From Mustelus asterias (taxonomy: Eukaryota): a stretch of DNA of 64,000 bases. Positions 48,535 to 61,836 of this stretch are shown piece after piece (the first letter of the stretch is position 1; every line of letters starts with the position of its first letter). Under the pieces are notes generated by a model. It saw only the letters and a program-made list of their open reading frames with translations, did not search any database and had not been told where the DNA came from. Position numbers and translations under genes: made by a program. The stretch spans positions 35,526,001 to 35,590,000 of the forward strand of contig NC_135811.1 in NCBI RefSeq assembly GCF_964213995.1, given 5' to 3'.

Positions 48535-49534
48535 ATTTAAACTATAGTTTGATCCCTGTGGCATTTCACTAATCACCAGTCATTGCTCATCAGCACCTTC
48601 CCTTCTAATGCAGCTTCATGTATCTTTTGCTTCCTCTAATTAAGCTAATTTCTGATCTGGTCAGGCAACTTGCCGCAATCCATGTGATATTTAAAAATAT
48701 GAAATATTTTAAAAGTATGAAAGATATAAAACAAAAAGGACAAAAATGTCTGGAGTTAAAAGAAAACAACTATTGTGCAAAAATGTCCTATTGCTACAGT
48801 GTAATGTAGTTAGACCACAACAATGCTAATTTTTCAATGTGTGTTCAATAACAAGGTACACTTGAAAGCTGATAGGGAAATATGTTGCAATTATTTGCTA
48901 TTTTAATTTAATTCTAATTCATCATCCAACAGAACATGATTCTCTGTGAAGTCTCAAATCGTTCTCCATAGCATTATGACCATCTGTGCGCTTCATTGTT
49001 TGACTAATCATCGGTTCATTAGTTTGTATGATCACCTAATGGCAAAAGATTTTTAATTTTAAAAACGTGGATGGATGCTAAAAGATTACAGGGCGCAGTT
49101 TATTATTGTGAATCTAATCACTCAAGCTTCTCCCATCTTCAATAATCTAAGCTCTCAGTTGGGTTGTAATACAACTTAATTTATCCATTACAATATTTGT
49201 GTAACTGTTCAGGGGTTAAGAAAAGTTGTTCACCGCAGATTTTAAATCAGATTGAACAGCAAATGCTTTGCTTACTTATAAATGACCACATTGCCTGATT
49301 TGCTACTGTTTGGAAAAAGGAGAGGATAGAATTTCAACAAACCTGACACTACAGAAACTGATATAATTATAAAGGCGCTTCAGTTCTTTCGCACCCATAC
49401 AAACAGGAGTCAAATATATTTTTTTGAACTGTGTCATAGATGAGTGTAGTTTTGTGCAGATTAAATTTAATTGTGTGATTCTTGGTGGTTTTATTTTCCA
49501 AAGCTAAGCTAATTGCTTTAAATTGTTTCCATAG

Positions 49535-49621
49535 AATATGTGGATTGAAAGGACCACTTACGTGACAGCATACAAATTGCCTGGCATTCTAAGATGGTTT
49601 GAAGTGAAATCTGTCTCGATG
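49535..49621 (+). CDS. DOCK1: DOCK1 coding exon H: [29 protein letters not shown]
   Basis: tttccatAG acceptor, ATG|GTAAGC donor, 87 bp; MWIERT...[14 protein letters not shown]-2 motif. The next exon (VEISPLENA...) was not found before the window end. Confidence 0.96.
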
Positions 49622-51147
49622 GTAAGCATGACCCAGAAAGTCCATGATCAGCCACCTACTAAATGCACCATGCAGATAAAATTAATGTAGTTCGTCTATT
49701 TAGACTTTATAAACCGTTTGGTCAATGGGTACTTGTGTTTTTGTTTGCGGCAAACTGAAACGCAATGTTGGAAACTTTTACATAAGATTGCATTATTTAT
49801 AGATTTATATGGAGCAATAGTTAGTAGTTTCGCTAAAGTGATTGTTAATATCTAAAACTAATGTAGCTGGTTCTATAGTTAGATGTAATGCAATTGTGCA
49901 GATTCCCTAAATGTTTCAAAACCAATTATGCCCATTCTGGAATATAATTTGCTGTAAGGAGTTCCAGCAGATATTTTTAAATATTGCCAACTAAGGTTTT
50001 AAAAGTTTTTTATTTAAATTATTATTTGATCTTGCATATTGCTAAGATATTTGTTTGCAAATTATTTTGACTAACTGATATATAAAGTAATTGGAGATCA
50101 ATGTAACAATTGTTTGAGTAGAGGAAGGCTGCTCACCTCTCCTCTACAAAACATTGAGGAATGTGACGGCTGGCCTCATCTTTTAGGAACACCCATTAGG
50201 GAGCTGCCTGTGACTGCAGGCTCTGCATTTCTGCAGGGACAGCCCTAGTCACTGGAACATATAGCACAGGTGAGGGGTCTGGCAGAGGGGCTGGGGAAGC
50301 AATGGACGATGAGGGTGCTGCACTTATGTTGAAACCTTTATCCTCCTCAAGAACCTGGGGTTGGCACTCAGGCAGATAAATAGGGCTGGCTGCTGGAGTA
50401 CAGTGCATATCCCTTCCCTCCACCGCTGTGCCACCTGCAAAATATCCTGTTTAGGGAATGCAACTCCTCACTTACTCCATGGAGATCAACGCTTATACAC
50501 TGACAGCCTGCTCCAGACTACTAAGTGAGACCTAAGTCCTTTGCAGAGCTTCACACTGCTTTTGAATGTACTCTGTGTGAGGCTGCATGTATCTCTCCAT
50601 GAGATTAACCAATCCCTCATAGATGGAGCTCAGACGATCAAGTCCCTGAGACATGTTTGAGCTTGTCACCTCAATGGACTTCTCCATTCAAAGTATGTGA
50701 TCTCTCATTGCCTCAGGTAACTATAACAGATATCAATACATTTGCTGCTAGTGCTTCAAGTATTGTGTCCAAAATATATATCCTGAGGCCTTACCTCAAT
50801 GCCTACTGAAACATAATTGTAACTGTTCCTGTCAGAGGGACTGTGCGTAGGATGTCTCATGATTCAGACATCTCTTTAGCCCCAGTGCTCCACCACGTGT
50901 CATTAACCCTGAGCACTTGCAGTATCCCTCCAATGGGTTAATACCTGTGTTCATGGAGTTTAGGCTGTAAAGATGTGACAGTGTTTCCTCAGACATCTCT
51001 TCATCTTCCTGATGCCCAAGGAATGAACCAGCCTATTGGGGTGGGCAAGCAGTGATGGGATCTGGATGAGACACAAAAGGAAGCAATTAGAGTAAGCCTT
51101 GAAGATTGTGAGAGCACTCACAGCTCCAGGCCAATGCCTACAACCAT

Positions 51148-51420
51148 CTTTGATTTATTATTGTCACATGTATTGGGATACAGTGAAAAGTATTGTTTTT
51201 TGCGCACTATACAGTCAAAACATACGGATCATACAGTACATAGAGGAGAAGGAAAGGAGAGGGTGCAGAATGTAGTGTTACAGTCATAGCTAGGGTGTAG
51301 AGAAAGATCAACTTAATATAAGGTTAGTCCATTCAAAAGTCGGATGGCAGCAGGGAAGAAGCTGTTCTTGAGTCAGTTGGTACGTGATCTCAAACTTTTG
51401 TATCTTTTTCCTGATGGAAG
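51148..51420 (-). mobile_element. Rex1/Babar 3' end fragment
   Basis: Same 3' UTR and tail as the 6557, 28658 and 44643 copies. Confidence 0.88.
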
Positions 51421-53984
51421 TGTAACTCTTAGCAAGCAACCCAGCCTTTGTACTCTCCCTCAGATCAACTTTCCAATCCGCTTCATGCATTATCACCATC
51501 ATTGACAGCATGTTCCAAAATGTCTCCAACAGAGTCATTGGCCCGTGCTATGGGCGATTCACCATCTCCGACATTGAGCTTGAAGGTCACTCTTGCAACC
51601 TCCATTGCTAGCTCCTCAATTGCCCTCAGCCACATTGTGGCACTATTCTCCCAGTCTAGACCACCTCTTTGGCATTGTAAGCCTGCTTCTCCTGAAAGTC
51701 CAAAACACACAGACCCGTAACTTCCCCCACGTCAGATTTGGAGAGTGCCCAAAGATGATCTGGGGAATCCTCCTTGGAAGTTTTGAGGTAAGGCTTTGTG
51801 CGACAATTGTCTAGAAACACTAACTTCCCCTGGACAATTGCACTACACTAGAAACCATTCAACAAAGCGATTTACATCGCTACCTTCGGATGTATCTGCC
51901 AATTTTACACCAATAGTCTCTGCCTCATGGAGTAGACCTGGGCCCTGGCATCCCAGGGGTGGACTCGACAACCCCCCTCAACAACCTCAGGCAGACCTGA
52001 ACCCCCACCACCACACCCAGCCAGAGTAGTTTTGGAAAGGATTATTTGGATTAAGCTGAAGAACATTAAAGAAAGCAAGCATAAAGCACAATAGCAAGCT
52101 ACATACTGCATAACTTCAAGTTGAAATGTAATACAATGAATAACCTTTAAATGTAGCCAGCATTTGTGAGATCTCGGTCTTTTTGAAGTACATTAATAAG
52201 GATTAGTAACGACAGTTATACAGTTCATTTTCTTATCCTGTTCAAATCTATTGATTGAAACCTTTGGAAACTGTGATGTTGAGAAATGTGTGCATAAATT
52301 CTTTCCACAAAAATATTCACAATTGCATTGGAAAAATATTGAAAAGGCAGGGAGATGTTTAAGATGTTTAATCTTTGAGGTTGCTCATTATATACTGGAA
52401 TCAAATCCTAGACATAGCAGTATTTCACATTGGCATCTTAACAATTTCTCCTGCTGATCTTACATGATCACAGTTTGGAGCAAAAACAAAACAGTGAATA
52501 GTTCCACGACAAAATGCCAGTAACTATTAATAGTACTGTCAGTGTGAATAAATTTGAGTACAAATTATTTAGTTCGCCTCAGCCTTTTTCTCCCCTTGTT
52601 GCTTCTGGATGTTGGTGATTGGAAGGGTGAAGTTTTGCCACCTGTGCACCATTATGTTCTAAAATTTCCTCTATGTTTGAAATGGGTAACCTGTTAATGT
52701 TGCCATTGTTTTGTTTGCTGTGTTTACCTGAAATTGCCTTTGGTGGATCTCATCAGATCATTTCACCTGCAAGAGCAGCTATTCATGGAGCAACATTTGC
52801 CATTATAAGGCCGAGTGATCCCACAGTCTATTGATCTATATTTACATTTTGAACAGGACGGGTTTGAAAAAAAGCTTTGATGTGTTTTTTTTTTAAGTAG
52901 TCAATTTCTGTTGCATTTAAGAGGAGGTGACCAAGCAATGTTCTTGAATTTAAAATTTAACATCAGTATCTCCCTTATAGGAGGTGTTCATACATTAGGA
53001 ATTACATTGACATAATTTTGCTGTTGAATCCTTTGCAAGAAGGCATCATTTTGTTTTGTCTGCTAGTTTTGCAAGCCATCTGTGAACACTTCAACTGAGT
53101 TTTGCAAGTAGGATACGAGACTTGCTATCATCGGGTTCTCAGTATTTTTGAAATTTGGCATGTGGGAATCTGACCATCTGTCCAACCATAACAAGTAACT
53201 TCTTGCATCTATAACTTAAATGATTATGTTTACCAGGCTCTTAAATATTAATGATATTGTGCTTTTATGTATATCCTATAAATTCTATGAATATTAATTT
53301 AATTGAGCTGTTACACTTTCATGTTGTAATTGGAAATCAAGAAACGGCAGATTTTTTTATTCATCCATGGGATGTGAGCATTGCTGGCAAGAGCATTCAT
53401 TGCTCATCCCTAACTGCTCATGAGAACATGCCTCCAAAAGTCTGCCCATGATGCATACTGAGTGAGTAGCTAAAGGGGAGAAATGGGCGTGGAGAGGGCA
53501 TGGGGGTTGATGTGGCATGAGGATCTGAATGCCTGGCATTCATCATTAAAACTGGGCCCATATCCCAGTAAAGAGCAGTAGGTGTTCCAGCCTGCCAGCC
53601 TTGTCATCCACCTTCCTCCATTGCTGCTTCGGGCCTACCCCTGCCTCTCTGACACAAAAATATGGTGGCAGGCGCCCTTTTAAAGGAGACTATATCATAT
53701 TCCTTTACATCTATTTGCACAATTAATTCATTCATTTTATTTCAAATGCTCTGAGCATTCAGGTGCTAAACTTTAAGGCTAGTCCTTTTAAAGTTCCTTG
53801 TCCCATTCCTACATTTTTTTTTACTGTGTCCTTATCGGATTCTGGCCCTTGATTTCTTTGCCTATCACTTTTCTTATTCTGCTTGCTGTCTTTTTCTCTT
53901 GTTCTTGATTCCCCTTGCTCTTAATCCTTATATCGGGTCCCATCTTCCCCCACCCCACCATTTTTTCAGCCACATATTCATCCC

Positions 53985-54275
53985 ATATATCTCGCTGTTT
54001 CTACTCTGAGTAGCATGTGGCACTGGTAGTAATCCTGAGGGAACCACCTTTGAGGTCCTAATTTTCAACTTGCTTCCTTGTTTCCTATATTTTGCTTTTA
54101 GGACCTCATCCTTTTTAACCTATGTCATTTGTACCAATTTGTACTTTGACAACTGACTCCCCCAACAACCCTCCCCCCTTCAGAATGTCCTACAACCGCT
54201 CTGAGACATCCTTGACTCTAGCACCAGGGAGGCAACATATCCTGGAGTATCTTTTACAGCCACAGAAACATCTAT
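53985..54275 (-). mobile_element. CR1 ORF1 (esterase-like) region remnant
   Basis: Minus-strand aggacctcaaaggtggtt..ctcaggattactaccagtgccacatgcta (RTSKVV.SGLLPVPHA-like) and HIGTND-like caaattggtacaaatgacatagg. Confidence 0.6.
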
Positions 54276-54282
54276 CTTCCCG

Positions 54283-54921
54283 CCTCTGTGTGGATTTTCT
54301 CCAGGTGCTCCGGTTCCCTCCCACGGTCCAAAGATGCGCAGGTTAGGTTGATTGGCCATGCTAAATTGCCCCCTAGTGCCCCAAGATATACAGGATAATG
54401 GTGTAAATACATGGGATTACAGGCTAAACCCTGGCTAAGAGTCGGTACAGGCCCGATGGGCTGAACGGCCTCCTTCTGCACTGTAGGGATTCTGTGACTT
54501 GAGTGTGACACCTAACAAAACTGAAGTCCATGGGAATTGGGGAAAACTCTCCATGTATTGGAGTTATACCTGACACAAATGAAGATAGTTGTGGTTGTTG
54601 GAGGTCAATCATCTCAATCTCAGGACATCTGCAGACGCTTCTCAGGGTAGTGTCCAGGGCCCAGGTATCTTCAGCTGCTTCTCCAGTGACCATTCCTCCA
54701 TCAGAAAGCCAGAACTGGGGGCGTTTGCTGCGTGGGTTTCCTCCAGATGCTCTGGTTTCCTCCCCAGTCCAAAGATATGCGGGTTAGGTTGATTGGCCAT
54801 GCTAAATTGCCCCTTAGTTCAGGGGGACTAGCAGGGTAAATACGTGGGGCTGGGTGGGATTGTGGTCGGTGCAGACTCGATGGGCCAAATGGCCTCCTTC
54901 TGCACTGTAGGGATTCTATGA
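54283..54921 (+). mobile_element. Two 5'-truncated HE1-like SINEs (54283-54497, 54726-54921) flanking a CR1-group RT fragment
   Basis: V-like body and tail in both; the intervening sequence is a decayed PQGSVLGP...FAD region. Confidence 0.8.
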
Positions 54922-55274
54922 TGCAGTACCATTCACAAATCTTCAGATACTATAATAGAAACAGAAATTTCTGGATAAACTCAGCAGTTCTGGCAGCTTC
55001 TGGAGTCCTATTTTTCTCTCCAAGGACGGACATGTGGGCATCCTCTAATACTTGTAGCAGTCCGTGCACATATGCCGCAAGACCTGACCTGGACAACACA
55101 CCATCCTGACTTGGAATTATATTGCTGTTTCTTCACCGTTACTAGATGAAAACCCTGGAAGCCCCTTCTCAATAACACTGTAGGTGTACCTAGTTCAAAT
55201 GGACTGCAGCGCTTCAAGAAGATGCCTCACCACCAGCTCTCAAGAGCAATTAGATATGGATTACAAGTGCTGGC

Positions 55275-56010
55275 TTATTTACAATATACACCAACAAGTT
55301 AGATAAAGGGACCAACTGCATTATGGCCAGATTTGCTGATGATAGAAAAATAGTTAGGAAAGTAAGTTGTGAGGGGGATACAAAGAGTCAGTAAAGTTGA
55401 CCACTTTGGCAGGAAACAAGAAAAGTAGAATGGACTTCAGGGTGCTGCAGTACAGAGGGATCTGCATATCTTTGTACATGAATCACAAAACTTTAGCATG
55501 CAGGTACAGCAAGTAATTAGGAAGGAAAATAGAATATTAGTCTTTATTACAAGGGGAATGCAGTATAAAAGCAGGAAAGTTTTGCTGCAACTGGACAGGG
55601 CATTGGCAAGACCACACCGGGAGCACTCTGTAATTTTAGTTTCCTTACTTGAGGAAGGATAAACTTGTATTGGAGGCAATTCAGAGAAGATTCACTTGGC
55701 TAACTCCTGGGATGAAAGGATTGTCTCATAGGAAATGTTGAGCTGGTTGGACTATGCTAATTGGAGTTTTGAAGAGTGATAGGTGATAGAAACATAGAAG
55801 ATTCTTTGGGGAACTAGACAGTATAGATGCTGAGAGGCCTTTCTCTCTCTTTCAAAAACTGTTGAGGCTCAGTAGAACCGGTAGATTTTTGTTAGGCAAT
55901 GGTATGTTATGGGTTACGGAATCAAAGCACATAGATGAATTAAGATAAAGATCAGATATGACTTCACTGGATGGTGGAACAAGCTTGATGGGCTACTTAA
56001 GTTCCTATGA
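55275..56010 (+). mobile_element. Old CR1 LINE 3' fragment
   Basis: agatttgctgatgat (FADD), cagagggatctg, LEAIQRRFT-like coding remnants. Confidence 0.8.
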
Positions 56011-56545
56011 TTTAACAGTTGATGAGATGACCAAAGGAATATTATAAATACTCTCCGATGAGGTTGAAGGTACTGCTGCACAGTAAAGGGCAAAAGAATT
56101 ATTTCATATCCCCAAAAATACAATCAATACTTTAATTCTTGACTTCTCTTTACTAAACAGAAAACCTTTTGAATTATTTTGCTGCTATCATTTATTCAGT
56201 CCACTGACTGCTGACATCAATCAATAAGAGATGAAGCTTAAATCAGCCATGTATTGATGTTTCAGCTCAGAGGTATATGCAAGCTTTTACAATGATAAGC
56301 ATTCTATTTACGCATTTGGTTTTCTTTGGTGAATTTCCTTTGGGCTATCGCCTGAACTAATAACTATGCAATAAAGCATCTAAAAGAATTTCCTTAAGGT
56401 GCCTTTGATCTGTTCACCTTTTAATTCATCAAAAGCTTTTCCAACCAGAGAGTTCCTCCTTTGTTGCAGTATTTTATGAGTACCAGTTAACAAGCAAAAT
56501 AATATTTACTCAGACAATTGGAAAATCTTCCATCAACCAAGCATA

Positions 56546-58139
56546 GAGCAGGGATTTACGGGTGCCAGTGTTTCCCCTCTCGCCATAAAACTCTTCCCCC
56601 TCTGTCAGGCTGAACAACAGCCATTTAAAATTAGCTTGAGATGGGCCTTGCAACACCATCTGGGGAGGAAGTCACAATACCAAGAGCTGCCAGCCAATCT
56701 GAACAAAAGCTGTCTGGTCCCAGCAGCACTATTGGGAGTGATGGCCACTGCGGGGACGACATCCACTCTTTAAAGAATAGGAAGCATGGACTGGATCTTT
56801 GTGGGGGGGGGAATTAGCGATGGGGACGGGTTAGGACGCCTCAGGGATAGGGGGTGGTCTGGAAAGCGTAATGGGGATGGTGCCAGGGTGCACAAGTGGA
56901 GGGGATACCCAGTGGGGGCAGAATTTGGGGGCAGCAGGGGAACCGATGCCTCCTGTTGGCAAAGATGGGAAGGAGGCACTTCCCCTTTTCCCACCCAAGG
57001 CCCCAGCAAGCTCTTATGACAACCACTTTCTCCCATTGGCCAAAACATTGCAACTGTGGAGGAAATGGCCCTTAAATAGCCATTAATTGGCTACTTAAGG
57101 ATCTCCATTCCCGTGAAGGCAAGCAGACCATCTGAGGCCTCACTTGCTGCCCATAAATCATGGTCAGGTCAGGTGCAGGTGGGTAAATAGTGGAAAGGCA
57201 GCCACTGAATTTTACATGCCACCCTGCCACCTCCCCCAACCCCATGCAAGCCTGCAAATCCATTTGCAGGGCAATGTAAAATTGTACCCAAGAAGTAGTT
57301 AAGGCACTTACAAGTAAATCTGTGCAAATGGTTGGACACAAAGTAGCTTACTGTCCATGGAAGCTGGTTTTATATAATGATGAAAAATGATACCATGATG
57401 ACTATATAATTTAACTCAACTGTTATAAAATCTCTAGGTTGAACTGGGTTTTTACACCAAAGCCTGAACTTTCAGGATTGGGAGGGGGGTTTGGGGAACA
57501 CATCCCCGCCAAATCCAGCAGCCCCAATGCCAAATTGTGCTCGAACAAACATCGATTGGCATAAGATGGAACGTCCACCTCTCACTCGGGAGAATGTCCT
57601 GCCTTGGAAGAGCTGCCAGCCAGTCAGATTGGTCGGCCGTTCTCTAGGGATAGTGCTGCAGTGGCCGGAAGAGGCACTGCAGGGAGCTGCCTGGCACTAC
57701 GTCTCGGCAACTGGAGGACAAGAAAAGTGGCAGTGGTCCCAGGGAGGCAAGGGATGTCTATGCTGGGGGATTGCGAGGGGTTTAATCAGGGTTTCATGGG
57801 TTCATAGGTGGGTGGGAGAGGGAAGTCCAAAGGTCACCAGGGATCAGGGCTTCGGAGAGGGCACCCCGAATCTGCAGAGAGCTTCGGAAGGGAGCTTCTC
57901 CTCCAACACCACTCTCACCCTGCTGTTGAGATCCAACTATATTTATTTATGTGTTTCCTCCCCTGAACTGTCATCCACCAGCCTAAAACTTGAGACTGGC
58001 TGGGAAACGGCCCTTAAGTGACCACTTATTGCTACCAGGTAGGGGCAGGGGGGGAACCCAGAGCGAATCCCATACATGAAATTTCATGTTTCCACCCTAC
58101 CTCAAAACCCACCAGGAGGGGAGTGTAATATTCGGGCCC
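56546..58139. mobile_element. Two adjacent GC-rich Harbinger-like elements (~56546-57289 and ~57440-58139)
   Basis: Ends GTAAAATTGTACCC and GTAATATTCGGGCCC; shared internal blocks aagagctgccagcca.tc.ga and gaaa.ggcccttaa.t... Confidence 0.55.
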
Positions 58140-58409
58140 AAATCTTTTTCGAAAGCCAACATTGTCGGCACAGAAACACATCAAAACGGAGCATCTGAAA
58201 AGTAACTGACCAATTTATGGCTAACTTTTTGTAATACATTTTTGTACTTTCTAAATGATACATAACTAATATAGGTGTACATAAATCCTATTTACACTAC
58301 TGACTCTACATGGCTTTTATAAAACCCATTAAACAGGCATGTAACAGTGATCTTGTTAAGAAAAGAATATAAAGTCAAACCTGTAAATTAGTTGTCTCTA
58401 AAACCTCTT

Positions 58410-58735
58410 GTGCAAAAGCAATATGCTGTGGATGCTTGAAATCTGAAATAAAAAGCCTAAATACTCAGCAGCTCATGTAAATCTATGGAGAGAAAAACAA
58501 AGTTAACATTTCAGATTTATGACCTTCAGTCAGAACAGCAAAAGGTCCAAGATTTAACTTTTTTAGCAAATACAGCAAAAAAAGTGGGGGCTTCGGAAAC
58601 AAAGGGTAGGTCCGTGATAGGTGAGTGTTAAATGACATAAGGGATAATGGTGCAAAGGTGGGAGGTAATGAGACAAATAAAGAAACAAAAGATGAATCTA
58701 GAGGAGGTGTGAATGACAACAACAGAACAATTACC
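58410..58735 (-). mobile_element. Old PLE family-2 terminal fragment with decayed hammerhead
   Basis: Homologous to 20345-20700; minus strand gttctgactgaaggtcataaatctgaaatgttaac. Confidence 0.65.
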
Positions 58736-58789
58736 ATAGTTACTAACTATAAGTGTGTACTAACAGCGGCTAAGGGACTTACATGATTA

Positions 58790-60555
58790 TACTACCTCAA
58801 GAAAATTAAAATCCTTTCAAGCAGAAACCAGATACAGGGCCAAGCAATCACTATACTGCCCTTTCATGTTTGCTGACATGGAAAGGGAGGTTTCCAGATG
58901 GGCACCATGCAATGCACTCAAGCTGCATCAAGCAAAAGAACCACTGTACTTACATGAAGTTCTGGACCGCCCATAGTTATCCACAGCAGCTGATATATTC
59001 AATTGGAATGGTAAGCAACATTTAGTCCTAGTTGATTTGTATTCTGGCTGGTTTGAACTCGACCATCTGCCAAACATGATGTGTAACACAGTCATCATCA
59101 AGCTCAAGAGATACATTGCCACAGACATCATCCCTCCGAGACTCATGACAGACAATGCTCACCAATTCTTAAACTTTACACACATGGGACTTTGAGCACT
59201 CAGCCAAGCATCTTCTAGAGACATGTTCCCAGGATATCTCAGGTTATTATGCTACACTCCTGAACCTGTGAAATTTGCCCCAATAGAGCCAGGCCTCGAC
59301 AGCTTAACAGCTCTATTTCAGGTGCCTAGGACCATAATCCCTACTGCTAATGCTCTGCGTAGCACAAACTTGGAACCAATGTGAATGATACTCTCATGAA
59401 ATGTCAATTGAGAAGCAATCTGCACTATGATCAAAATGCCCACAGACCCAGCCCTCTAACAGCTGATCAAATGGCCAGGATCCTGACCACATGTGACCAT
59501 GACAAGTTAGTGGTGGTACACAGCCATGGCCCACATCCGAACAATTACGTGATAACCTCAGACGATGTCCATTACGTAGACAACCGCCGTCACCTCCTAG
59601 AGGTATCAGAACCGGTACCAACTGATGCCATAGCATTCCTGTCATCCAGCCTACAACACAGGTGTACTACATGTAGACTACTCCAGAGGCCAACGCATAG
59701 AAATCATAGAAACCCTACAGTGCAGAAGGAGGCCATTCGGCCCATCGAGTCTGCACCGACCACAATCCCACCCAGGCCCTACCCCCACATATTTACCTGC
59801 TGATCCCTCTAACCTACACATCCCAGGACTCTAAGGGGCAATTTTTTTTTAACCTGGCCAATCAACCTAACCCGCACATCTTTGGACTGTGGGAGGAAAC
59901 CGGAGCACCCGGAGGAAACCCACGCAGACACGAGGAGAATGTGCAAACTCCACACAGACAGTGACCCGAGCCGGGAATCGAACCCGGGACCCTGGAGCTG
60001 TGAAGCAGCAGTGCTAACCACTGTGCTACCGTGCCGCAGCGAGCTCTTCACCCATTGAGTACATTGAGGGAATGTTCCAGGCTGTCGACACTGAGAAAAT
60101 GTCTGAGAAAATCTAGCACAACCAATTGTTATTACCACACGCTCAGGATGTGTGATCAAACCAAATACAAGGTTCCAGGACTATGTCACCACCTAGCCTG
60201 CAATTGGCCTTTAAATCTCATCTACACACAACAAAAGAGAGGGAGTGGAGTAACTGCGATGGGCCACGCATCAACTGCAGCAGTTTAATCTATGTTTCAT
60301 CATATGTAAACAGTTATGTATTGTTAGCCTTTTCAATCTACGTTATATACACAATTACTGTTCATGCATACTGTTGCATCTCAGTACCACCGATTGTCTC
60401 AATTTAAAGGAAAAGATGTAGTCCGAATGGTCATGTAATGACGCAACTAAAAAAGGGTCATGTGACAGGAGCATATGAGTTCTCCCCAGAGCGCTGGCAG
60501 AGCACAAACATGGAGTAGTTGCTCAGCTCGTGAATGGAGTCTAGTTTGTAACAAC
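58790..60555 (+). mobile_element. Ty3/Gypsy LTR retrotransposon 3' relic (integrase, PPT, start of 3' LTR)
   Basis: RAKQSLYCPFMFADMEREVSRWAPCNALKLHQAKEPLYLHEVLDRP*LSTAADIFNWNGKQHLVLVDLYSGWFE...LMTDNAHQF integrase core; PPT AAAGGAAAAGA followed by TGTAG at 60417. Confidence 0.85.
59696..60037 (-). mobile_element. Young full-length HE1-like SINE inside the Gypsy relic
   Basis: CpG-intact A and B boxes; (catagaaat)n tail. Confidence 0.92.
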
Positions 60556-60559
60556 TGTA

Positions 60560-61836
60560 GGACGAGGTGCAACAAAGAACCAATGACCTAAAGAACAAAT
60601 GGTGGGTGGAAAGAGCACAAGAGACTTAGCAACTTGTCATGAACCACAATGTGCATGGCTTCAGTGCAATTAAAACTATCTATGGCCCACTGAGACCCAA
60701 AAACAGAGAGGCTGTTAACGCCAGCTGGAGAGAGCACTGTGAGGACCTCCTCAATCAAGATGCAGCCTTTGCCACAAATGTCCTCGATACTATCCCATGA
60801 CACGGTACCCACCACCATCTCACCAACCCCAGCTCGCTATGATGTCGAAAAAGCCATCCAATGCAGATGGAACAACAAGATGAAACAACAAGCCCTCCGG
60901 CGCAGGTGGAAACCCTGCTAAACTTTAAAATGCGGCAGAGAGGCACTCTAGACTAGAATCCATAACCTCATCACCCTTGTCCGAATGGAAGAGAGCATGC
61001 CAGGAGATCTCCAAAATGCCTTCATTGTTACTATCTTTAAAAAAGTATCATTTCCCCTACCTCAGAAGCTTCCTCTCAGCACAGGCAGACTCCGAAGATG
61101 AAATCCAATATTGATTTCAATGTGCCAGTGCTTTGGTCACCTGAGAAATACCAAAACCTCAAAGCAAGCATCAGGCTCATGGTGTACAGAGCAGCTGTGA
61201 TCCCTGCCCTCCTGATGCACCAGAAACATGGACAATGTACAGCAGACACCTCAAATCCCTGGAGAGATGTAATCAATTTTGCCTTTGCAAAATCCGGCAA
61301 ATCCATTGACAGGATAGGCAAACTAATGTGAGCATCCTCTCCCAGGCCAATATCCCCAGTATCGAGGCACTGGTCATGCTCGACCAGCTGCGACGAGCAG
61401 GCCACATTGTCCACATGCCCTATACAAGACATATGAAACAAGTGCTCTACAGCGAGCTCCGCAATGGCAAACGATCACTCGGAGGGCAGAGGAAATGCTA
61501 CAAGGACACTCTGAAAGCCTCTCTAAATAAATGTAACATCCCCATCAACACATGGGAATCACTTGCTTTGGAATACACAAACTGAAGAAGAAGATCCGCA
61601 AGTGCACCAATCACCTTGAGCGTCATCAGGTAGAGCATGCAGAAGCCAAGTGTAAACAGGGGAAAGAGATCACAGAATCCAGAGCATCCCACCCACCCAC
61701 CTCATCAAACACCACCTGCCAAACCTGAGGCAGATTCTGCAGCTCCAGGATTGGACCCTGCAGCTACCATAGAAGCTACATCCCTGGAGTGGATGCAAAT
61801 CATCCTCGATCCTAAGGGACTGCCAAAGAAGAAGAA
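60560..61836 (+). mobile_element. RTE-clade LINE, internally deleted
   Basis: SILSQANIPSIEALVMLDQLRRAGHIVHMP...VLYSELRNGKRSLGGQRKCYKDTLKASL; (AAG)n tail. Confidence 0.88.
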
